Assembly: GCF_964204645.1 (NCBI RefSeq)
Contig: NC_134036.1
Coordinates: 11,451,563-11,515,562 of the forward strand
DNA: 64,000 bases
Reading direction: 5' to 3'
Origin: Tubulanus polymorphus
Lineage: Eukaryota > Animalia > Nemertea
Numbering within the stretch: the stretch's first letter is position 1; each line of letters begins with the position of its first letter. The notes below the pieces were generated by a model, which saw only the letters and a list, made by a program, of their open reading frames with translations, had not been told where the DNA came from and ran no database searches. Below, piece by piece: positions 52,282 through 64,000 of the stretch. A program made the position numbers and the translations under genes.

Positions 52282-53779
52282 AGTAGTGTGATTATTTCTA
52301 TATATAGTTTTTCTTGCTGTTCCTGTGCATATCATGAAGGTAATTAATCCGGTTGGTCCGTGTGTTTGACGTCATCCAATATGTTGAAAGCTTATTATTG
52401 CCACTACATATCCACTAATTACTAAGTGCAAAATTTATATTTTGTTGTTTTCGTTGTCTTTGAAAAGCCAATCAATCCCCATTCCCGGCCATGGTGCGAT
52501 TTCATATGCGTAGTTTATTGAGTGTTTTCTAGGTTTGTTAAATGTTTTGCCAACCGGTATGTTTGCGCATCAATTCACGATGATCGTTCATCGGAAAAAG
52601 TTCGGTAAACGGAATCTAAAAACAAACAGGTGAGTAAATATTCCTGCTTTTAACTTCAGTTCGGTTCGTTTAATGAGGCGTCATTGATCATGCCATCTGG
52701 CGTACCAAAATGAATATTTTAGGTTCTAAGTTGCCATACTATGCATTCGAAAAATGTGCTTATTTTCCAAACGAGAAGTTATGGGTACGGTATGTAAAGG
52801 GATGTGATTTTCATTTATAGGAATAGATAGAACATTTTCTCTTAGAATTGGAAATTAAAAATTAAAAAATATTCATTCAAACAATAGTGTTTCTACGTGG
52901 GTTCTTCGGGGGTTCTTGCCCAGGTGTTTCTTGCTGAGGGTTAAAACTCTTTCTATGGCTTGGATGTTGTTTCGGCAAATTTCCACGTTTAGAAAATTTT
53001 CGAAAAATCCTCGAGAGAATGGTTTAATTTGATTATAGTCATAGAGTCATAGAGCTGCTTGTAATGTTTAGTGTTAATAATGTTAATGAGATACCCACAC
53101 GATTGACTCCGGGAAACTAAGCAGGCCATTCGTAAAACATTTGTCATTATAATTTTCAGTTTTCATTCTACCGATTTTGGATTTTTTTCACAAAAAAATG
53201 GGAAAAGTGCAGATACTTTTGTACGTTTTAGCGGAATGCCTATAAGCAGACGAAAACATGGCCTTATAACGAATATCGGATGCGCCAAGGTGTCATAAGT
53301 ATAAACAAAGTGGCTGCTCTACTGTTAGTTCTGATACCTAGGCAGCGCCAGAAGTCCTCTAAACTCGATGCGTTTCTGGATAGATTGCTAGAGCGCAATT
53401 TAAAAAGAACCCTGCCGGTGCTATCAAATTCACGATTCTAAAGCAACTCAAAAATGGATATGAATGAAGAATTGCGTTTATAGAATAGTTTATATTGCAG
53501 CATGTATTGACGATTTGAATTCATCGGTGAAACAAATGAATCATATTCGTCGATACGCGATTTCATAATCTTTCTCTTTACCTACGACTATATGAATCAG
53601 TTTACGGATTATCCTTCATAGAAGTAAAACACATATTCGTGAATAGTGCTAAAAATTTAAAATCTTCTTCAAATTCGAAAAAAAATTATGATTTATGTTA
53701 TGGACGCCCGGTAAAGGACATACGGTTCATGGCAATTCAGTCCTGCTTTCTACTTAATGCTGACTTATCAAATTGTTCG

Positions 53780-54350
53780 CTTATTTGCAAAAATTAAAAA
53801 GAAACAAATGAGTTAGTTTCGTACGCCCTTCGATCAATAGTTCGAAGATGTTTATTATATCATCATACTGACAGAATCATTCCTCCAAGATTCTTTTCTC
53901 TACCATTTTTGTTCAGGGCCAAATTCACTGTCAGTGATGACCAGATGACGATCAATATGACGCGATACGAGTAAAGAAAGGCTGCGGTATTTGACAGTTT
54001 GGACAAAACCTAGTGGTCTACAAAAAACGAGCAGGAAATTCGAATAAATTACCACATTCCGTGGTCAATAATGAACTCAGGTGTAAGACCGGTGCGTTAC
54101 TAGTTAAATGATGATATATACACGCACCGTGCATCAGCGAAGTATTAGGACAGCATATGAAAAATTAATATTCAGAAACGCGAAAAGTGAATATATTTAA
54201 ATATACTGGTTTTCGGAGGACCGATTGGAAAAACAATTCATTTACGGCTTTGCGAGAGTACATAGTGATGCAGGTGGAACGATTTTGAAGTGCCAGACGC
54301 GAATCGATTTACCATGACAAAACATCAGTAGAATTTTCGATCTATATCAA
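53780..54350 (+). repeat. Old diverged duplication (homolog at ~60700-61310), possibly a coding remnant
   Basis: Collinear anchors TGACAGAAT, GACCAGAT, CTGCGGT, GTAAGA..GGTGC.TTACTAGT, TATACACGC, GAGTACATAGTGATGC. Confidence 0.6.
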
Positions 54351-54861
54351 GCTGTGCAATCATAAGTTTATTTTCAATAAGTCTAAATGTATAAAACAAG
54401 GCACCAAATGTGTTGTTATTCGTCGACCGTACTGGCTGAAGTAAACGAGAGTTGAATACGTTGGAAGAAGCGACTAAGGTGAGCGCAGTCATGAAATATT
54501 CACATCTTTATTATTCATACTCAAACGTTGATTTTCAGTGAAACAAAATACAATTTCATATGTTGTATACCTATCGCATAGACCAACGATTCATTTTGAT
54601 TACCAATATAATCTATCGATTCCACAATATTAAGTGGGGTTCCATCCAGCAAACGTTTGTCTAAAGTAGCCAATATCATAGTTTTGTCTTCGTTAACCTT
54701 TTGGATCGTCTTGAGGGTTAGGGTCTAAATGAGGATCAAGCAAACTGAATGCCTTAATACTTTATTCTTTAAGCTCTTTGCATCAATATATCTACTTTCA
54801 CTTAATTTATTTTGTTTCTAAATTTGATGCGGATAGTTGTATTAGAAAAACAAGAACAAAC

Positions 54862-55403
54862 GTAGTTCTTCCTAAGTACGGAACAACGAAACCATGAAAT
54901 ATGAAACGAAATTACGTAATGCTAAAGTACGAAAAGAAATACGTAACGAAATGCTTAACTACGAAACGAAATGGCCATTCTTTCACGGGTCCTGCTAAAG
55001 TATGAAATGAAATACGAAACTAAATTGTATTTTTCTTGCTACAGCAGCGAATAGAGCTGGTTCGTGGAGCTGGCTTAAACATTCGCACCCGATGTAGTGT
55101 GACAGGGTTCCGCATCGTTTCAAAAGGCCAATACCCTAAAAACCATCCAGTTGAAGAATGTAAATTCTTGAATAATTTCAAAAGATCATTTACATGTACT
55201 GCAAAACTTTGACATCCCGTGGCGTTATGAGCATTTGTCTATAGTATAGTCGTATTTGATGACCATTTCTTCGTATTTCATTTCATAATTAAGCACTTTT
55301 TGCAAAATTTCGTTATTTCGTAGTTTCGTTTTCATTTCGCTTCATATTTCGATTTTTGGTTCATATTTCGTAGTTCCGTCGTTTCGTACTTTTAGCTGGA
55401 ACC
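54862..55403. mobile_element. Degenerate MITE-like element with ACGAAAT sub-repeats in inverted orientation
   Basis: CTAAGTACGGAACAACGAAAC at left versus GTTCCGTCGTTTCGTACTTTTAG at right; ACGAAA repeats on the left, TTTCGT on the right. Confidence 0.5.
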
Positions 55404-55492
55404 GAAGAAACACGGAATTTAACCTGTCTAATCCCTACATTTACAGATGCAACCTAGTTTGGGCAAAAACGGTCCAAGACAATAGAAGTTAA

Positions 55493-55975
55493 CCCTGGGA
55501 AGCCAAAACATACTTTTGGTAGTAGGGCATACCCCATATTTATTTTCAATCAATATCTGTTTTAAATATATTTTCACATTAACATGTTTTTTGGAAGGGG
55601 TCACATGTGACCCCCAAGCTGCTTCATTATTAGTTTAGAGTACCTAAATATTTTTAGAGAAACTTCATAATATGAAAAAGTGCATCCTTTAATGCCCAGT
55701 GTTCCATATATGACCCCAATTTGTTGATTGAAAATGTACAAGCTACGTTCTGGCTATGGGTCATATATTACCCCTTGGGTTAAAGTGGTAAATTTGATTT
55801 TATGGAGCGCCACCTGGTGAGTTTACTACTAACTGACAAGGCTCATATATGTAAAATTGGGCTTTTTAGATAGCACAGGTGCTCTTAAACACATCTAAGA
55901 ACTCTGGAACCCAACCAACAGCAGTTCTTAAATTTATGACCGGCTAAAAAGGTGGGGTCATATATGACCCCAGGG
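55493..55975. mobile_element. piggyBac-like MITE
   Basis: TTAA-CCCTGGG...CCCAGGG-TTAA; several internal GGGGTCAYATRTGACCCC-like palindromes. Confidence 0.75.
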
Positions 55976-56768
55976 TTAAAATACCGTTAAACCGACAGTT
56001 TCCAGTCATTTCACTAGACCATTCATGCGATATTTTATCGTTTTGGGAGTGATTTGAATTAATAAACTCTTACCATTGTATAGTGTTGCTTCCGTAGTAT
56101 ATGACATACAAAACGAATATAAGTGAGTAACGCTGTAGGTCTGTGAATACGGTGAACAAATGGTGTTTATTTTATCGATTTTTCATAGGTTGCGCTACTA
56201 GCGCACACGTTCTTGTGTTGATTGTCATAGTAAACATCATAAATAGCACCACCTGCGGGTTAAATATGAACTATACGCACGGAGTGGAGGATAAATAGAT
56301 GAATATTTCGCTAACTATTACCGCTAATTCGTGCTCCATTTTTCAATAAGTCAAATCTCAGGTCGTTTTATGTATACTTAAGTTTCTTCTGGTTAAGAAA
56401 TCGTGGAAAGTACAATTTTGATGGCATTTGCCCTTTAACAGTTCAACGATTTGTTTAGGTATAGATTGTATAAACATATTATTGACATCATCATATCCAG
56501 AACTTGTTTTATGAACATCTTTAATGGGCAAATTACTCAATTTAAATATTTCACCTAGATCAGTTGGAAAAATGAATAGAGAATTAGGGTTAAGGTTATA
56601 TAGAGTAAAAAATGATAGTGATTACAGATGGTGTTAATAGATCTTTTCATTTCGGAATGTTTTCTGCAAAATTAATGAGTTGGCTATTACTATATATGTA
56701 ACCAGAATATAGGATTTCAAAAAATGTCAAAATGCTTAAATATTTATGTCAATTTCTAGGTCAGGATC

Positions 56769-57261
56769 ATGCTTACTTATCTATTGACTCGAATATGTGT
56801 TATTGTTATGCTTGTGGGCAGTGGCGCGTCGTGGCCCTCAGGTGAGTAACGACTGGCGAAATGATTTACAATTTACAATTTCTTAGAATTATATGAATAA
56901 TATAAAAATGAAAGTCGCCTCCATCAGTAATATGTGATTAATAGCATATATTTGATAAATAGCATTTTCAGTGATTTTACTTAAATTCTTACATTCGACG
57001 AAAATCAATTAATTGACGTTTAATATTGTACATATTCGTACATGTATTTCCTTTTCTTCAGCATTAATGTGTTGTTAACGAGGGATATCTATTGACCCAA
57101 CCAATTATTTCTTTTAATTCAAGTAAAACAGTGTGTCACTTAAAAATCCCAATGCCAATTTCATGCTTTTTGGATATACAGGTTGCACAATAAAATCCGG
57201 GATATGCCTCTGGAGTGCCGAGTGTTGCAGTAACAAATGTAGAAACGGATCTTGTTATTAA
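56769..57261 (+). CDS. Secreted ICK/knottin peptide precursor 2, spliced paralog (possibly decaying)
   Basis: Exon 56769-56841 (MLTYLLTRICVIVMLVGSGASWPS, phase-1 GTGAGT donor) plus exon 57182-57261 (TACAG acceptor): GCTIKSGICLWSAECCSNKCRNGSCY*; same Cys spacing as gene 1; shared intron and 3'UTR motifs; AATAAA at 57433. Confidence 0.75.
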
Positions 57262-60200
57262 TCGGCAAAGATACGGGTTTTATTCGGATTAACTTGTGGT
57301 GGTATGGAAACTATCCGATAATGAACCCGAAACACTGTCAGATTATCGACTGACAAAGTTGAAAAAGCCGGAATTTCTTTTCTCATATTTCTCACGATAA
57401 CTCAATCGTCAAATGTTTTTCTGAAGTGATTCAATAAAACTGCGGGTAAATAAAATAGGTAAATGATTGGATTTAATATGTTGGTACCCCACTGTTATGG
57501 GTTTGAGTTGGCTGTTATGGTTGTTGAATTAGCCACCGTGTCGTTACCGTGTTGAACCGTCGTAATATGAACTTTTCTATAAGTTTACAGTTTCCTATTT
57601 ATCACAATCAAATGACGTGATTGTCAATGAATAAAGAATCAGCAGAGAAACAGTTATATTCATATATAGAGTAACAAAAATTTGTATTTTATTCACAGAA
57701 AAAATTGTAGGAAGAAGATACCGTACAATGCATATATATTTTTAAAAATCAAATCAAATACAACATTCAAAACTTGATTTAACAAACTTCCCCAAATTTA
57801 TCACGTGAGATCCACTACTTACATAATTGAAAATTCTACTTATATTACATGCATCAATATTTACCAATTTTATTTTCGTCCTGAGATCGTTGAATTTACT
57901 GCACGTTAGGATTAAAATGCTTAAAATCTTCCACACGTATTACAAATCCTGTCATCTCTACTCAATACCGGAGGTTCGTGTTTTTGCTATCATCAAACTG
58001 TGTCATTCTGATAGGATAATTATTCATTCTAAACGGGCATCGATATGGTGAAATACACTCTTAGAACAAAGGGTTCTACTTGGACTTGCCTCCAAGGGAG
58101 AGCACATAAAGGTTCGTCAAAGAAGGTTTTTTGTAGGGGTCTCTAAAAACCCCAGGTAAAGGTTCTTTGAAGAACCATTTCGTATGAAGGGTTATGGGAA
58201 GAACCCCTTTCATAATTATTAAATGGTTCTTGACAGGGTTCTTTCGGGAACCATTACAGGTATTAATTTTTAGGGTTCCTCATTCATTTTTTGACTGCTC
58301 AAGCCGTTCATGATTTGTTCATCCACTGTTAATTATTATTAACTCAGCACTCAGCACTGAAACAGCTGGATTTTTTTGTTCAAATTAAGCAGTATATAAA
58401 TCTGATATTGAGATATAGGGATTTCATTTTGCAAAGCTGTGTACCAATCTATCAGACCCCACCCTTCTATAAATTATAAATGTCATAGGATGCCTGCATA
58501 GGATGTCTACAATATCAAATTAACTATGCCCATTATGCGCTAATTAGATGATCTAAACACGTAAGTTAGTTTCAAAACAATTAAATATTACCGGCATTTC
58601 AATAAAGTAAGCGCTTCTTGCAAGCTGGCGTCAAATAATCAATAACGAAGAGAGAACTGCATGCTAAAAGTGAACATCGGATGAACTATTTTTAAAAATA
58701 TAGTATTGAAATTAGTAATAATTATAGGTTGATTTTAAGAATTTTAGATATATATTTTTTCGAATATTTTGTGTAGTCATTTATCTAGATAATGAGATGA
58801 AAAGGACAAAATTCAGTCAATGAAAATATGATCTTATCTATATATTCCTCCCTTATATAGGCTATGTAGACCAGCCTCAAATTTCATTTTGTCTTTTATT
58901 TCTACAAATAAAATATTTGTGATATAGATTAAGAGTGTTTATGATCGCGTATCACAGCAAATATACTTTGGAGGATTCTTCAACTCAAATACTTCAATCT
59001 TCTACGTAAAAAAACCAAAAAATTTTGTATACATAGGATGTACAGTGGTCAACAGAACCTTTGAACGTCACGTATCACTGCAAATCATCAACAGTTGTGG
59101 CTATTTTAAGAGCCAAAATTACCATGCGATCTTTTCTGCAATATACTACATGTATCGCATAGTCACAGCATACAAATGGTTGGGCTACTATCGGAAACAG
59201 AAATTTTAAAAAACTGGAATGAAAAGAAAATTGACTTCAGACTGCTTTTAAATGTACTACTGGACACGTTACTGGACACTGGAAGATTGCTTATTGTTCT
59301 TAAGACAAGTGTGGCTGTAAAGGTTATGGAAAGGTAACGTAGTTAATTGCGTTGGCCTAGTGGTATGAGTAGCTATCAGCTCCCGAGAAATGGCTGATCC
59401 CAAAAACAGTAATATCATATTTTACAATTTCTTATTCAGACTGCAAGACTCTATGTGTAAATAAAAGTTAGATGGTTGAGTTATATGCTCGAAACAGGTA
59501 AAACTCATTAATAATCGGTATTGCTAAACACTTAAACATTGATGAACATAGTATTTGTTCTTGATCACCAATTCTGTTTCAAAATCCAGCTCATCGATTT
59601 TCTACAACAACTTGAGTTCATGGAAAACTAGGTTATGAATATTATTGAGCTTACATTAAATTTTCCACCAGTTAGAATCTAGAAATGATGAGTATATATC
59701 ATCATACTAGATGGCATTATTTAGGATATCTCGTTTAACAATTCACTGTCGAATAAATATCAGCAGAAGGATATATAGACACCTGTCTATGGTTCAATTA
59801 TATGTCAAAGGTTCTGGTTGTCGATATTACTGCTCGATGATTAATTATGGTGAATTGACGAGCAAATACATGTCTACCAGTCACATGTTGCTCTTAGGGA
59901 TCTGGTTTCAAAAATGTCTGTTTTATGAACACTCATCTTGGATCGATGATCAAACACAGCATACGTTGCTCTTAAGTTCCGGTTACTGAAATTTCTGCTG
60001 GATGAACACTCATCGCTGATCGATTTGCAAATACATGTACCGGGTATACCAGTTTGATAGGCAGGACTCGTATGTAATGATGTTTCATAGTCAGCACAAC
60101 TGATGGAGCGTTCATGAAATGTTAATAAATCACCTGAAACATGTCCCTTATCCTTGAATGACGTTGTTCCAACCGAAACCAAGTTTAACAAACAATATTA

Positions 60201-61486
60201 GTTTTCTATTGAGGTCTTTCACGTGACGTCACTACGTGAATACATATTGAATGATAAGTATTATTCCAAGATTTGACAGACCTGTATTTCTGAGTATAAA
60301 TAAAGTCAGTTTAATTAATGGCCAGTTGATATTAGTTATGCGATACGTTTGACGAATGTGCATGATAGCCACATATCATTCATCTTTAAATCATTTCCAA
60401 CCATAACACGGGACTGAATTGGTCACATTTAGTTATTCGAAGAAATTTCTCTTCGATTATGGAAAGTCATCTATGTAAAATTGTACTGCTACAGAGTCTG
60501 ATCAGTCGGACCACAAAATCTTCAAATACTAGATTAGTTTTTTGGCCTAGGCCTACTATGAAAACAAGAGATATAAAAAGTTAAATTTCTATGTGCAAAT
60601 GTAATCGGTACTACTGTTTTAAAACCACAAAAACAACTGTAAATGATTCGATTCATAATACTATTGATTAAAACTGGACTCGTCTCTCACTATAAAGTAT
60701 TTGCTCGAATCAAGCGCCGAAAAGTGAAACAATTAAAGTAAATGCATCAGTATCGCTATGTCTTTGATCCATCGTCCGTAGCTGTCAAGGATCTCATTTT
60801 GACAGAATGAAATTTCCTAAATTTGAAAGACCAGTATTTCAGGGTAAAATCATATTTACTCCATCGACGACCAGATAACAGTCAATTTTACCCGAAACGT
60901 GGGGCGAATGTGCAGGAAATCTATACTTACTGAATGACTGCGGTCTAAGATATCTATTCGGTAGTCTAGATTACATCTTTCGGTCGAAAGAAAGACGCGC
61001 AGCTCAATTCGACAATTCAAAAAAATGATCCAGTCGTCGTTTTACAATCATAGACGTAAGAAAGGTGCTTTACTAGTCAGAATGGTGTGTTCTATACACG
61101 CGCAGTACATCAGCAAAAATGATAAAATAGTATATGAAAACCTAATATCAGTGACAGCTCATTAAATATAATGATTTCCTATGAAACTAATGAAAAACAA
61201 TGTACTTATGATCGACTATCTACGAGTACATAGTGATGCGCGTGCATCGATTATGTCTACTGGGTGCGTATTGATATAGCTTAACAAAACATCGATATGA
61301 GTTTCAATCAATATCGCTGGAGTGACGGGTGGGTGCGTAAGGATTCAGCTAAAAGTAGAACTGGAGTGGCAAAACTGTAATTTGTGATTCATTTCAACTC
61401 ATAATTGTAGTTAAAATTTCCAATTCTTCATAATTAACTCATATTCAACTATTTTAATACTGTTAGTTGCAAGCTTATAATCTATT

Positions 61487-62580
61487 CTGCCCTCACATGA
61501 AGAAAGACAGTATCTCAAAATCTTTTGTTTTGATAAATTGGTGTCTGAAGTTATGGGGAGTTCCTTGAGTCAATATAATATATCTACTAACTTAAAACTT
61601 AGTTCATGGGTGTTGAGACCCTAAATATGGAAACAAATTTTCAAATTTGGAAAGAAATGGTCCAAATTCAACTGAGATAATTGAGATTTTTACAGTTACT
61701 ACCGCTGTTCAACCTAAAAAGCTGGAACTAATTCTTGATAGTTGTCAATTTGAAAGGCAGTACATTTTTTAGCATTATTATAAATCGCAGTAACTACGAT
61801 GATTTACACGTTAAAGTGCAGTAAATCTGAAGATCTGCAGTATAAATGACAGTGTAAATTCATTAGAATCAATGACAGAATATTCAGTTCCTGCCTGGCG
61901 ATTCACAGCAAGTGGAAAAGATTGATATTCCAATTGAACAACTGTATTTATTAGATAATTAAATTTCAGATCAATTCAACAACATCTAATTATACACAAA
62001 TATCAATATTGATGACAAATGATCTTTCTGGATGAAAGATCTAAAAGACCTGAACTTAAGCGAAGAACAATATAATGGTAATCTCACTATTTAAACTTAT
62101 TGCAGTGAGATAATCATGCATTCTTCTTGTTCATTAACAAAAAATCTCACAATTGAATACTCTTCTTAATTTTAGAACTAAGTTGTGATCTAAAAAAGAT
62201 AATCAGACAACACAACAAATAATTTTGAAATGATTTCAAAGAATTAATTTTGGGTCAGTAACAACGATAAATTGCATTAATATATCTATATGTAACCACT
62301 AAATCCATATAGATCCATGAAACCATACTTTTTAATTTTCAATTAAGTCTACAAGCTCGTCATTATTTTGGAAGTTCTCCCAGAATGATCGCCTATCTTC
62401 GTGCATCAATGGACACAACTTTCGAATGATATCGGCTTTTTTGCTTGTCAATAAACCACGTGGTTGGGGTCGTAGAAGTGTGGGAATCGATAAATTTTCC
62501 AATTTTACTGTTTTTTTTTTAGATATGAAAAAGTTTCCCACTGCATATCATTGTGGTTAATTTTATACAAGAGATCAATA
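61487..62580 (-). mobile_element. 3' remnant of a Sola-like DNA transposon
   Basis: Transposase-like C-terminus RGLLTSKKADIIRKLCPLMHEDRRSFWENF (62332-62541); candidate terminus CTGCCCTCACATGAAGAAAGACAGTATCTC at 61487; truncated at 62582. Confidence 0.45.
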
Positions 62581-62581
62581 G

Positions 62582-62800
62582 ACCCCCACTCCTGTGAAGC
62601 TGGCTACCAGTTCCCGGTTCCCGATTCGGCTCCCGATTCAAAATGATTTTGATACGGGAGCCGAATCGGGAACCGGGAACCAGTAGCCGGCTACTGATTC
62701 GGCTCCCGTATCAAAATGGTTTTGAATCGGGAGCCGAACCGGGAACCGGTAGCCGGCTACCGGTTCGGCTCCCGATTCAAAATGTGAAGCTGGCTACTTA
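62582..62800. repeat. Palindromic repeat family copy C (multi-hairpin array)
   Basis: Alternating TTCGGCTCCCG(A/T).TCAAAAT..TTTTGA..CGGGAGCCGAA hairpins bounded by a direct repeat GTGAAGCTGGCTAC. Confidence 0.85.
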
Positions 62801-64000
62801 TTCGCCAGGTGGCGCTGGTATACACTATGCCGTAACTATGTCTACTCTGCTGATAAAAAAACGAACTCGACCTTGATAACAAATCGCCAGGTGATGGCGC
62901 GAGCCAATCCAGACGTCTAAACACGATTGCGTATGCGACCGCGAGAGCGGTCAGCTGTAACTATACGTCAGTAAGCTGCGTCTATTAATAACATAACTTG
63001 GTTTAAGAAAGTGTGTATTGCTCGGTCGTTTTTCTCGTCACCGAATCGACTTCTTCATATGTTATTCGCCTCTTTAACCATTTAATCAATAAACCATCGA
63101 TTGTTATCGAGCCCTAAACAAGAGAGAAAGTTTCTAACGAAAGTTATCGAATCCCCTCACCAAGAAATCAATATCTGCAAGCCTATGAAATTGTAAGATA
63201 TAAAATAAACAGACGCTTTCTGCCCGCCGTATAAATCATCCTTCATGCAGGGTAAATCCATTGTCAAAGATGACAATCACTTCAATATTCTATAAAACTT
63301 AATATTTTCCTATCCATCAAATTCCATAGAAAACATAAAAGAACATTTTTCTCATCCCTAAACCGAAAATGGCTGGAAACGAGAGCGCACATAAATTTGT
63401 TCTAGTCTATTCTAATCCAATAGTTACCAGGGTTGCATGGTAACAGTGAGACCACTGACATTGGCGCAGAGATGATGTTTAGACGTCTCAATTGACTAGT
63501 CGGTCAAGGTCGGGGTTACCGCTCGCCAACAGACACAGTTACGCAATAGTGTTGGACGTCTTGCATTGATTATGAGCAGATGCGCCCAAGAGGACCAATA
63601 GTATACTCGCGCCATCTAGCGAATAAGGTACAAGAAACGAATCAGTCATTGCAATTGAAAATGCCTTGTAATGTATTCACATAGCTGTATATAAATTAAT
63701 GCAACTTAGTGACGTTGCTTACGGTCCAGGTTAAACGCTCACTAAAACGCCCACTTTAGCAGAAATAGTTATGCAATCGTGTTTTAACTTTTGCCATTCA
63801 GCGAGTTTTTTACCAGATATTCGATAGACCGAAGTCTAGACTTTAACTTCAATTTCATTACAAACAACAAATGGATCATTTAGGATACAGATTATATATC
63901 GTATAAAAGATAAAATTCGTTCTACAAAAACAACATGCAGTCAATAACAATATATACATATAATAGCTTCAGTTACACACATGTTCTAATACTATGCGAT

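Noticed and set aside
52089-52283. Poly-cysteine protein
   Set aside because: Antisense of the 18S fragment plus a CTG microsatellite
58055-58940. Complete CACTC-type TIR element
   Set aside because: The left end (CACTCTTAGAA with GGTTCT repeats) is plausible but the right TIR and TSD could not be established
62643-62876. 77-aa repeat protein (REPNREPGT)
   Set aside because: Translation of the palindromic DNA repeat

Overview
AT-rich, intron-containing animal DNA, probably a marine lophotrochozoan (a degenerate metazoan 18S rRNA fragment is present). Nothing here is prokaryotic and there is no CRISPR array. Most ORFs in the supplied track are spurious. Main architecture: a ~6.7-kb inverted duplication (11310-18085 / 42991-49610), with an older partial third copy at ~3890-5670, encloses a 25-kb spacer. 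The spacer holds (i) two convergent, recently decayed Ty3/Gypsy LTR elements with chromatin-reader domains: a gag-less element with one clear and one degenerate chromodomain, and a SCAN-like-gag element with a PHD finger between RNase H and integrase; (ii) a 2.4-kb TIR element with a 9-bp TSD; (iii) a spliced gene for a secreted ICK/knottin peptide; (iv) a decayed Polinton/adintovirus virion module (penton end, core protein, major capsid protein, protease start) with PC4 and RING accessory ORFs. A second knottin paralog that the ORF track misses lies at 56769-57261 with identical cysteine spacing. This pair is the best candidate for an undescribed toxin or defence-peptide family. Also present: a candidate P-element excision footprint, several MITEs, Kolobok-like and Sola-like transposase remnants, and a palindromic repeat family that sits at rearrangement junctions. 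All family assignments come from motif recognition by eye, and identity values are visual estimates.
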